A stretch of DNA of 64,000 bases from an uncultured Acidobacteriota bacterium (lineage in GTDB: Bacteria; Acidobacteriota; Terriglobia; Acidiferrales; UBA7541), in the NCBI GenBank assembly GCA_963819395.1, contig CAWFVW010000005.1, forward strand, positions 1,461 through 65,460, in the 5' to 3' direction. The notes beneath the pieces were generated by a model. It made no database searches. It worked only from the letters and a program-made list of their open reading frames with translations, and was not told the DNA's origin. The translations under genes and the position numbers were made by a program. Shown here in pieces: positions 1-9,872 of the stretch (positions within the stretch are counted from its first letter, which is position 1; the number at the start of each line of letters is the position of its first letter).

Positions 1-3219
<3,219 letters not shown>

Positions 3220-3248
3220 CTGGGAATTCACAACGGGAAAGAAAGTTT

Positions 3249-3285
3249 GGGCGGCCCAATTCGTCGGGCCGCCCATTTCTTATTT
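3249..3285 (+). terminator. rho-independent terminator downstream of rpoC
   Basis: GGGCGGCCC-aattcgtc-GGGCCGCCC is a 9-bp GC stem, followed by atttcttattt. Confidence 0.6.
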
Positions 3286-4210
3286 AGAACCTATGAGGCT
3301 CTGTTGACATCCTCAAGAAAAGGTAGCGATGCCTCAGGCGATACAGATTGAAACTCAGGCCGAGCAGAAGAGCTTGACGCTTCTGCGTCGGCAACGTGCG
3401 ACCGTGTGCCCGTGCCGAGAGTTTGCGTTTCACCGAACTGAACAGGCTCTCGATCAGGGATCGACGCCGGTAGAGCTGTCGTGGAAATGCTCGCCGCATC
3501 TCGGCGCGCACTCCATGAATGCGCCAGGTTTTCTTTCCGCGCTTGGCAGGGATCACGCTCTGCGCCCCGAGTTGTTTGCGGATGTACCTGTGGTTCTTCT
3601 CGCTGTCGAACTCGGCGTCGGCCAGCACCACCCCGATGCGCGTTTGCTCGGAAGCCGCTCCGACCAGGGCAGGCAAATTCGCGCAATCGTTCCATGGACC
3701 CCGCCGCGCAATCTGCGACAACACAAACTGCTGATCCAGATCCGCCACGACCATCCACTTCAGCCAGTGCCGCCAGGGCAGCGGTTTTTGCCCGTGATGA
3801 TGCATGCGTCGGACAAAGAACGTGCTGACCGCTCCCTGCGCCAAACCCGTCGCATCGACTCCCACGCGGGCTCGCCGCCGACCTTTTCGGCGCGTGCTGC
3901 GCAACTGTCGCACGGTCTCGCCTACCGCGCGGTCGATGCTCCGGTCGTCCAGACGTTGCAGAAAGCGATACAACGTCGTGAAATCGGGCACGCTCACCAG
4001 CCCCAGCGCCTGACGCAACTCGCGATGCTCGCCCAGCCGCACTTCGGCTTCGCGAAAAGTCCAGTCTTCGTAGCGCATCAGGCAGAGAATGGCCAGCAAC
4101 TGCGGCTGCGTGAATTGGTGTTTGCTGAATCGGCTTCGGTAACGCGGGAGCACCGCCCGGCAGACGTGCAGGGCGATGCGAGCAAAAGGCAGGAGTCCGA
4201 TTTCTGCCAT
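3284..4210 (-). CDS. IS5/IS903-type DDE transposase (308 aa)
   Basis: The translation has the typical IS5-family DDE transposase layout: N-terminal HTH-like QPQLLAILCLMRYEDWTFREAE, then a DDE core (VDATG...VLADAEFDSEKNHRYIRKQLG...KRQALLLGLSFNLYRL). The ORF reads through the left IR into the target duplication, as in IS903. Confidence 0.85.
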   Translation of the reverse strand: MAEIGLLPFARIALHVCRAVLPRYRSRFSKHQFTQPQLLAILCLMRYEDWTFREAEVRLGEHRELRQALGLVSVPDFTTLYRFLQRLDDRSIDRAVGETVRQLRSTRRKGRRRARVGVDATGLAQGAVSTFFVRRMHHHGQKPLPWRHWLKWMVVADLDQQFVLSQIARRGPWNDCANLPALVGAASEQTRIGVVLADAEFDSEKNHRYIRKQLGAQSVIPAKRGKKTWRIHGVRAEMRRAFPRQLYRRRSLIESLFSSVKRKLSARAHGRTLPTQKRQALLLGLSFNLYRLRHRYLFLRMSTEPHRF

Positions 4211-4298
4211 CGCACCTCCTGCTTACGTAGGAAACAACAATTTCAATCGATCCGGTATCGTAAATTTTCATTGTCGTAACGAGGATGTCAACAGAACC
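3297..4298. mobile_element. IS5-family insertion sequence, IS903-like group, about 1002 bp
   Basis: 18-bp terminal inverted repeats: GGCTCTGTTGACATCCTC at 3297-3314 and GAGGATGTCAACAGAACC at 4281-4298 (17 of 18 match). They are flanked by a 9-bp direct repeat AACCTATGA at 3288-3296 and 4299-4307. A single DDE transposase ORF fills the element. Confidence 0.8.
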
Positions 4299-4524
4299 AA
4301 CCTATGACGAACACAAATTCTGAATTAGAGACTTGATCTGCTCGCCAGAGATGTATTTAGCTCTGCTCTGTGTTGCACCTTCCAAACTGATCGAGCTCAT
4401 TCTCTCACGTCCGTAGATATCCATTTTGATACTTCGTCTGCCAAAAGCAATCGCACATAGGCATCCAGAGAGTACAATTCCCAGTCATCGCTCCCGATAT
4501 TGATAGCCTGATGACGGAGACCGT

Positions 4525-5310
4525 ATGTCCCCTGAGCCCCTCCTCGGAAGACGACCGGAAGACCAAGAACTCGCAAAGAAGAAGGCCGAATTGTCCCAGC
4601 TCCAATCGCTGCTGGCTGATAAGGAACTGTTCCTGACAGCCCTGCGCGCAGAACTTTCTGCCTTCGATCAAATCTACATAAGAACCGTTGGGAAATGCTA
4701 TGCGGACCTCGATGAAATCGAGGCCGAGATTGCGGAGCATGCTGCGCGCACGCAGCCAGAGAACATGAACGCGCGGAATACAGCGACCCAAGCTCGTTCG
4801 CAAGCTCAGGCGTCGCGCGCTGTTTTTGATGAAAGTGTGGCGGCCAAGACTGTTAGCCCTAAATCTTCGCAATCTCAGACTCTCAAGAGCCTGTACCGCG
4901 AGGTGGCCAAGCGAATTCATCCAGATCTGTCAATCGACAGCACAGATCGCCAGCAAAGAGAGCGGCTGATGACCGTGGCAAACCGGGCATATGAAGAGGG
5001 CGACGAAGCGCGGCTTCGGGGAATTTTGGAGGAGTATGAGAGCAGTCCCGATTCTGTGAAGGGCGACGGGCCAGGGGCAGAGCTGGTTCGGGCAATTCGC
5101 AAGATTGCTCAGGTCGAAAGACGGTTAGCCGAAATCCAGGTAGAGGTGGACCAGATCAGGGCAACCGACCTATTTGAGCTGAAGAAGAGGGTTGATGCAG
5201 GGACAAAGCAGGGGCGCGATGTCCTGAAGGATATGGCTTCTACAGTGCAGGCGCAGATTGCTGAACGCCAGGCTGAGTTGCGAAAAACTCGCGAGCGTAA
5301 GAAGAAATGA
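4525..5310 (+). CDS. J-domain (DnaJ-like) protein with N-terminal coiled coil
   Basis: HPD motif in a J-domain-like stretch (LYREVAKRIHPDLSIDSTDRQQRERLMTVANRAYEEGDEARL). Flanking sequence is coiled-coil rich. The stop overlaps the next gene start (ATGA). Confidence 0.55.
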   Translation: MSPEPLLGRRPEDQELAKKKAELSQLQSLLADKELFLTALRAELSAFDQIYIRTVGKCYADLDEIEAEIAEHAARTQPENMNARNTATQARSQAQASRAVFDESVAAKTVSPKSSQSQTLKSLYREVAKRIHPDLSIDSTDRQQRERLMTVANRAYEEGDEARLRGILEEYESSPDSVKGDGPGAELVRAIRKIAQVERRLAEIQVEVDQIRATDLFELKKRVDAGTKQGRDVLKDMASTVQAQIAERQAELRKTRERKKK

Positions 5311-6296
5311 CCGAGGACAGCCACAAGGACCAGATTGTCCGAAGTACCACCGACGGGCTCTCCAAACGGAGCGCTGGGTTGGTTCGACGAGGCTTGCAAG
5401 ATTTAGCTGTCTCGGTTCCAAGCGACCGGAAACGGATTCTTGTTGCCGATGACCAAGAAGCGATTAACGAGGTGATGGGCGAAATACTAAAAGCAGCAGG
5501 CTACGAGGTAAGGCAAACCACACATCCGTCTGAAGTTGTCGCTATTGTGGATGAATTCAAGCCACAAGTTGCGCTGATCGGTTTGGTGACCCCAGAAATT
5601 GATGGAGTGGAACTTAGCCTCCACTTGTCGAAACGCTTCCCGAAACTCAAGATCGTTCTCACATGTGAGAGTGTGGAAGAAGGGGTATTGCAACACCTGC
5701 TCGACAACGGCGTCGCCTGCGACACCTTTGAGGCACCCTTCGAGCGGGAGGATCTGCTCGAGATGATGAAGACCTGGGCGAAAGGTTTCGACTATATCGA
5801 TCCGGCGACTCGCTTGCGCAAGGAAAAAGCCTTCCAGGTAGCCGTAAGGAATACGATTTTTTTTCAGGGTACGAGTGACCGGAGTACATCTGTCGTTTTC
5901 GTTGAACTTTTCGAATCCGCTTCTTCTGATCCGACACTCGAACCGGAGGCCATCTTTCTCCGCGAACTGGGCGGGACCCTCGGACGATTCGCTCACGTCG
6001 CATCCGCCTATAAGTGGGGGCAGAATCAGTTTGCGATGTGCTTGCCTAATTTTGACAAACGTAAAGCGTGTGACTTGTCCAAGCAGCTCAACACCGAGGT
6101 CAAATCTCTGCTCAAAACGCACAATCTCGACGACCGTTATTCTGTGGCGATAGGCGTTGTATCTCTACCTGGCGATGCAAAGTCACTCGAACAGGTACTG
6201 GAAGCGGGGCGCCAACTGATAGCCAAAGCCAAAGAGGCTGGGCAGGGAGGCATTACAGTATGGGCGGGTGGCCAACCCCTCCGCCGTAACGCGTGA
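5307..6296 (+). CDS. response regulator: REC receiver domain plus degenerate GGDEF-like C-terminal domain
   Basis: The receiver fold is readable: ILVADDQEAINEVMGEILKAAGYEV...PQVALIGLVTPEIDGVELSLHLSKRFPKLKIVLTC. The C-terminal half resembles a GGDEF fold without the GGDEF signature (RFAHVASAYKWGQNQFAMCLPN...SVAIGVVSLPG). The last ~11 codons and the stop fall inside repeat copy R3-A. Confidence 0.55.
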   Translation: MTEDSHKDQIVRSTTDGLSKRSAGLVRRGLQDLAVSVPSDRKRILVADDQEAINEVMGEILKAAGYEVRQTTHPSEVVAIVDEFKPQVALIGLVTPEIDGVELSLHLSKRFPKLKIVLTCESVEEGVLQHLLDNGVACDTFEAPFEREDLLEMMKTWAKGFDYIDPATRLRKEKAFQVAVRNTIFFQGTSDRSTSVVFVELFESASSDPTLEPEAIFLRELGGTLGRFAHVASAYKWGQNQFAMCLPNFDKRKACDLSKQLNTEVKSLLKTHNLDDRYSVAIGVVSLPGDAKSLEQVLEAGRQLIAKAKEAGQGGITVWAGGQPLRRNA

Positions 6297-6425
6297 ACGC
6301 GCAGTATCTGATTTAGGTTTTCCGGGTGGCCGACTCTTCCAGCATTTGGAAGGGCCGGGGTTTTGACTTTCTTCCCGCAAGAAGGAGACCTTCCGGGCCT
6401 CGAAAACCAGGAGAGATCAGGCTAC
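6261..6425 (+). repeat. intergenic repeat family R3, copy A (about 160 bp)
   Basis: Shares a core with 7212-7330 and 8131-8290: GGCGGnnGGCCAACCC...GCGTGAACGCG...TTTAGGTTTTCCGGGTGGCCGACTCTTCCAGCATTTGGAAGGGnCGGGGTTTTGnCTTTnTTnCCGCAAnAAGGAGACCnTCCGGnCCTCGAAAACCAGGAGAGATCAGGC. It contains an internal hairpin CTTCCA-gcatt-TGGAAG. Confidence 0.75.
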
Positions 6426-6520
6426 CGCGGGTGGCCAACGCCTCCCGGCGTTTTCAGGTTAGATTTTTCGGGTGGCCGACTCTTCCCGCCTTTGGAAGGA
6501 TCGGGATTTTGAATTCGATT
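6426..6520 (+). repeat. diverged partial tandem second copy of R3
   Basis: GGGTGGCCAACGCCTCCCGGCG...TTTTTCGGGTGGCCGACTCTTCCCGCCTTTGGAAGGATCGGGATTTTGA re-uses the R3 core with substitutions. Confidence 0.5.
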
Positions 6521-6578
6521 CCCGACTCGATGGGCTCGCCCTCTCAAGCGTGTTATAGTTGTAGAAAGGAGTGACCCT

Positions 6579-6776
6579 GTGCAAGCCGCGAAGGATATAT
6601 CCAAATTACTGTCCGGTGTCCCGAAGGGCGCATGGGTGGCATTGTCAGGCGACGAAGAGCGGGTGCTTGCATACGCTGCCGATCTGGCGGAAGCTGTGAA
6701 GAAGGCAAATGAGCTTGGCGAATCGGATCCTGTTATCGTTCGTGTGCCGGAAAATCCTTCCAGTTTGGTCGTGTAG
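6579..6776 (+). CDS. small hypothetical protein (65 aa) immediately upstream of the aspartyl protease gene
   Basis: ORF MQAAKDISKLLSGVPKGAWVALSGDEERVLAYAADLAEAVKKANELGESDPVIVRVPENPSSLVV. It stops 6 bp before the next ORF. No family assigned. Confidence 0.45.
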   Translation: MQAAKDISKLLSGVPKGAWVALSGDEERVLAYAADLAEAVKKANELGESDPVIVRVPENPSSLVV

Positions 6777-6782
6777 GCGAAC

Positions 6783-7217
6783 TTGGCCGTTTATTCCGTC
6801 CATTACGCGGAAGTAACCTTGCCTCCGAGCCCCGCATTTCCCAAGGGCAGGTCGGCGTTCCGGCCGATCTTGAGGATGGCTCTCGTCGCGGGGTCGAGGC
6901 GATTGTCTTGCTATGCGGTCGTGGATTCTGGCTCGGACCATTGCGTGTTCCCGCGTCAATTCTTGCGTATGCTGGATCTGAATCCGCTCGCCTCTCCAAT
7001 GGAGACGATATCCGGGGTCGCCAGCACTGGAGTGCCGACGCATTATTTCCATGTCGAGGTTGACCTGCAAGGCATGGTTCGATTTCCTGTGTATGCCGGA
7101 TTCACAACCGGCCTGGACGACCTGGGTCTTGGGCTCCTCGGCCAAAATGGTTTCTTCGATAGGTTCCACGTGCATTTCAAATTGTCGCAACGCATCTACG
7201 AAATTGAGGCCATCTGA
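6783..7217 (+). CDS. retropepsin-like (clan AA) aspartyl protease, about 144 aa
   Basis: Contains the D-S/T-G active-site signature in a hydrophobic context (YAVVDSGSDHCVFP) and is the size typical of bacterial retropepsin-like proteins. The start may be TTG at 6783. The stop is followed directly by R3 copy B. Confidence 0.6.
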   Translation: MAVYSVHYAEVTLPPSPAFPKGRSAFRPILRMALVAGSRRLSCYAVVDSGSDHCVFPRQFLRMLDLNPLASPMETISGVASTGVPTHYFHVEVDLQGMVRFPVYAGFTTGLDDLGLGLLGQNGFFDRFHVHFKLSQRIYEIEAI

Positions 7218-7375
7218 TTCGCAGGCGGCCAACCCTTCCGCTGCAATGCGCGAACGCGGACGATCTGATTTAGGTTTTTCGGGTGGCCGACTCTTCCAGC
7301 ATTTGGAAGGGGCGAGGTTTTGACTTTTTTCCCCCGGGTGCCCCACTCTTCCGTCTTGAAGGGCGGGGGATGTGA
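7212..7375 (+). repeat. R3 repeat copy B, with a second diverged core
   Basis: GGCGGCCAACCCTTCCGCTGCAATGCGCGAACGCGGACGATCTGATTTAGGTTTTTCGGGTGGCCGACTCTTCCAGCATTTGGAAGGGGCGAGGTTTTGAC, followed by a diverged repeat of the core (CGGGTGCCCCACTCTTCCGTCTTGAAGGGCGGGGG). Confidence 0.7.
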
Positions 7376-7400
7376 CGTGCATTGATTCAAGGGAGGAAAG

Positions 7401-7808
7401 CTATTCGGTTTCCACGCGCACGTCCGCGAATTTTCTGAAACCAAGATCGAAACTCGCGACCGGGATCCTTGCTTCCGCCGCGGTCGCCGCAATCATGCAA
7501 TCCACGAAGTGAATCTTTGTTTTTCGATAGCGTTCGAGGGCGTCGAGATGAACGGGGGCACGGTCAATTTCAATTCCGGGACTTGAGATTAGCGAACCGA
7601 GCGCCGGAGCAATCTCTCCTCGCGCACATTCGTAAAAAGATTCAAGAACGAAAACGCATTCGGCCAGCACGGCCGGGAGCACCACCATCACGAGGTCGCC
7701 GCGGTCGCAGGCCGCGAACAGCTTTCCGGCAGCCTCGGCGTGCCGTTCATGATCCTGTACCAGATAGCGAACGATGAGATTGGTGTCGACGAGCCTTCGC
7801 TTGCTCAC
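7401..7808 (-). CDS. vapC: PIN-domain toxin VapC
   Basis: Begins MSKRRLVDTNLIVRYLVQDH (the PIN acidic D at the start). About 135 aa. Overlaps the upstream antitoxin ORF by 4 bp (ATGA). Confidence 0.85.
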   Translation of the reverse strand: MSKRRLVDTNLIVRYLVQDHERHAEAAGKLFAACDRGDLVMVVLPAVLAECVFVLESFYECARGEIAPALGSLISSPGIEIDRAPVHLDALERYRKTKIHFVDCMIAATAAEARIPVASFDLGFRKFADVRVETE

Positions 7809-8050
7809 CGAATGCCCTCGCGCTTGCGGGCGGCTGCAGCCGCGGCGTTACGGATTTGAGCGAAGGACATGCCCTTGCCCTTTTTACTGGAAAGAGCGCC
7901 TTTGAGGGACCGAATCCCGGGGTGCACGCGGATGGTCGCGTGATCCTCGTGCACAACGTACTCGAGTCTGTCGCCCGATTTTATGCGCAGGGCCTGCCTG
8001 ATCTTGCCGGGAATGGTTGTTTGTCCTTTCTTTGTCACTGTGGAATGCAC
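7805..8050 (-). CDS. vapB: AbrB/MazE/SpoVT-type antitoxin VapB
   Basis: 81 aa. MHSTVTKKGQTTIPGKIRQALRIKSGDRLEYVVHEDHATIRV is the swapped-hairpin AbrB-type fold. Translationally coupled to vapC. Confidence 0.8.
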   Translation of the reverse strand: MHSTVTKKGQTTIPGKIRQALRIKSGDRLEYVVHEDHATIRVHPGIRSLKGALSSKKGKGMSFAQIRNAAAAAARKREGIR

Positions 8051-8130
8051 AGAAGAATCTCCTTACATAAACGAATTGCATTACCAGCCCATTATCCCCT
8101 ATTTCTTCCTCTTTGACAATGAACGTCGGC

Positions 8131-8290
8131 GGGCGGCCAACCCTTTTGCCGCTATGCGTGAACGCGGAGTTTCTGCTTTAGGTTTTCCGGGTGGCCGACT
8201 CTTCCAGCATTTGGAAGGGTCGGGGTTTTGTCTTTCTTTCCGCAAAAGGAGACCCTCCGGTCCTCGAAAACCAGGAGAGATCAGGCAATC
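8131..8290 (+). repeat. R3 repeat copy C
   Basis: GGCGGGCGGCCAACCCTTTTGCCGCTATGCGTGAACGCGGAGTTTCTGCTTTAGGTTTTCCGGGTGGCCGACTCTTCCAGCATTTGGAAGGGTCGGGGTTTTGTCTTTCTTTCCGCAAAAGGAGACCCTCCGGTCCTCGAAAACCAGGAGAGATCAGGC. Nearly identical to copy A along its full length. Confidence 0.75.
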
Positions 8291-8334
8291 GTAACTTTAA
8301 CCCCAACTCGCCAGCTCGGCCACTCGCAATGCTG

Positions 8335-8436
8335 CCCTCTCCATCCCGAAGAACACGGGATGGAGAGGCCTCTGCAAAATCGTGTTCGTTGCGGGGGGGG
8401 TGCTTTTGTAGAGGCCGCCCGCATTTGGGGCGGGCA
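8335..8436 (+). repeat. R4 triple-hairpin element, copy a
   Basis: Three consecutive hairpins: CCTCTCCATCCC-gaagaaca-GGGATGGAGAGG, CCTCTGCAAAA-(loop)-TTTTGTAGAGG and CCGCCCG-catttg-GGGCGGG. Same architecture as 29318-29420. Confidence 0.6.
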
Positions 8437-8486
8437 TCGTTTCGTTTTCTCTTGACGCTAGGTATTTCAGCGCCTACGCTTATTTT

Positions 8487-8711
8487 ATGGAAGTGAATCT
8501 CAATCCCGAATTGCAAGCGAAGCTGGCGCAAATTGCGGCCGAGAATAACAGCGGCGCGGAAGAATACGTCCGCCAGCTCGTGGAGCACTACCTTGACCAC
8601 GACGCGTGGTTCCGTCAAAAAGTCAAGATGGGGCTCAGCCAGCTCGACGGGGGAGAGTTTGTCACCCACGAAGAAATTGGGGCCCGCATCGACGAGATGT
8701 TCCGTCCGTAA
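8487..8711 (+). CDS. ParD/RHH-type antitoxin of a ParE/RelE toxin
   Basis: 74-aa ORF directly upstream of the RelE/ParE toxin; its stop abuts the toxin start. Sequence MEVNLNPELQAKLAQIAAENNSGAEEYVRQLVEHYL... looks like an addiction-module antidote. Confidence 0.6.
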   Translation: MEVNLNPELQAKLAQIAAENNSGAEEYVRQLVEHYLDHDAWFRQKVKMGLSQLDGGEFVTHEEIGARIDEMFRP

Positions 8712-8996
8712 ATGCAGGTTCGCTGGTCCACCGCCGCATCACAAGACCTGTTCCAAATCATTGAATACATTCGCAGAGACAATGCTTCCGCCGCGCAACG
8801 TGTCGCCAAGATAATTTACGACAATGTCGGATCATTGAGTTCCTTCCCCCATCGCGGAAGGCAGGGGCGCGTCGAAGGCACGCGGGAATTGCCGGTGCCG
8901 TCGCTCCCTTTTCTTGTCATCTATCGCGTGACTACTGACGCGGTGGAAATAGCCGGCGTAATTCACGGAGCGCCGCGATGGCCTCCACAAGGTTAG
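8712..8996 (+). CDS. RelE/ParE-family toxin
   Basis: 94 aa. MQVRWSTAASQDLFQIIEYI...FPHRGRQGRVEGTRELPVPSLPFLVIYRVTTDAVEIAGVIHGA is the typical ParE/RelE fold signature. Confidence 0.8.
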   Translation: MQVRWSTAASQDLFQIIEYIRRDNASAAQRVAKIIYDNVGSLSSFPHRGRQGRVEGTRELPVPSLPFLVIYRVTTDAVEIAGVIHGAPRWPPQG

Positions 8997-9043
8997 AGCG
9001 AGATTCCCGATATCTGAGTGTGTAACGAAGAGAGAGACCTGAA

Positions 9044-9385
9044 ATGAAAAAGCAAAGAAAAAGAGCCAAGGAAGAAACCGTCACGGTGGGCAGCGGCAAT
9101 GTATTTGCCGATCTCGGCCTGCCCAACCCCGAGCAGGAGCTGCTGAAAGCCGAGTTGACGCTGCAAATTTACCGCATCATCAAGCCGCGTAACATGACGC
9201 AAACAATGGCCGGAAAAATCCTGGCCATATCGCAGCCGCATGTTTCGGCGCTGGCCCGCAATCGCGCCGGCAACTTCTCGGTCGGGCGCCTGCTCGATTT
9301 TCTTACAGCCCTCGGCCAGAGCGTAGAGATTACCGTAAAGCCTGCGCGCAAAGAGCAAGGCGAAATGTCCGTTGTATTCTCATGA
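9044..9385 (+). CDS. XRE-family HTH protein, HigA-like antitoxin type
   Basis: 113 aa. The N-terminal extension plus HTH (NMTQTMAGKILAISQPHVSALARNRAGNFSVGRLLDFLTALGQSVEITVKP) is characteristic of HigA-like partners of RelE/HigB toxins. It lies 47 bp downstream of the toxin. Confidence 0.7.
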   Translation: MKKQRKRAKEETVTVGSGNVFADLGLPNPEQELLKAELTLQIYRIIKPRNMTQTMAGKILAISQPHVSALARNRAGNFSVGRLLDFLTALGQSVEITVKPARKEQGEMSVVFS

Positions 9386-9446
9386 AATTCTGAAATTGCC
9401 TGCATAACGGTCCAACGTCGGATGACTACTGTCCGCACACTTGTAA

Positions 9447-9722
9447 TCAGCCGCCGCCCGCCGAGGATTTTAGTTTTCTGGCTTGCTCCAGAATTTGCAG
9501 GATTCCGGCGGGGGCCGCGCGGAGAAATCGTTCCATGAAAGATCTTTCGGCGCGAAGAGCAGAAAGCTTCTCGGCCACGCAAACGTTAATCAACTGGTTC
9601 AGGGATATACGTTCGGACCTCGCCAGCCTGACCGCCTCCGCCTTCAACGAAGGCTGCAGGCGCAAAGAATAACAGGGTTCCCTCTTGGGCTTGTTCTCGC
9701 CAGCTTTTCCGTAAGGACTCAT
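9447..9722 (-). CDS. ribbon-helix-helix (HicB/CopG-like) antitoxin-like protein, apparently orphan
   Basis: YSLRLQPSLKAEAVRLARSERISLNQLINVCVAEKL resembles the RHH C-terminal domain of HicB/CopG antitoxins. The 150 bp upstream, translated by hand, contains no HicA-sized toxin ORF. Confidence 0.45.
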   Translation of the reverse strand: MSPYGKAGENKPKREPCYSLRLQPSLKAEAVRLARSERISLNQLINVCVAEKLSALRAERSFMERFLRAAPAGILQILEQARKLKSSAGGG

Positions 9723-9872
9723 ACAGACTTAGTAAGGCCTGGGGCTTGGAACGTCAAGCGCTGTTTGATGCCTCGTTTGAAAACTATTCGAACGGTATCA
9801 TCAAGCAGCACGAACTGGCCTGCTTCCGATTATTCGGGAAATGGCGGCCCTCGGAATGACAGGATGTAGGAC

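Noticed and set aside
3291-4279. Long ORFs 3291-4271 (minus) and 3329-4279 (plus) overlapping the transposase
   Set aside because: They are alternative-frame or antisense reading of a GC-rich transposase gene. Their translations are Arg/Ala/Pro-rich nonsense, whereas the 3284-4210 frame gives a bona fide DDE transposase.
4405-4920. 171-aa ORF antisense to the start of the J-domain gene
   Set aside because: No motifs. It overlaps a better-supported gene on the other strand.
6261-8290. Possible CRISPR array
   Set aside because: R3 units are about 150 bp, imperfect and about 900 bp apart, with genes rather than spacers between them. No cas genes are present.
6261-8290. R3 as integron attC sites
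   Set aside because: No integrase. No convincing RYYYAAC / GTTRRRY core pair at the repeat ends.
6326-8496. Repeated small ORFs beginning MADSSSIWKGRGF... (6326-6574, 8191-8496), and 7983-8294
   Set aside because: They are translations of the R3/R4 non-coding repeats in an arbitrary frame. Their similarity arises from the DNA repeat, not protein conservation.
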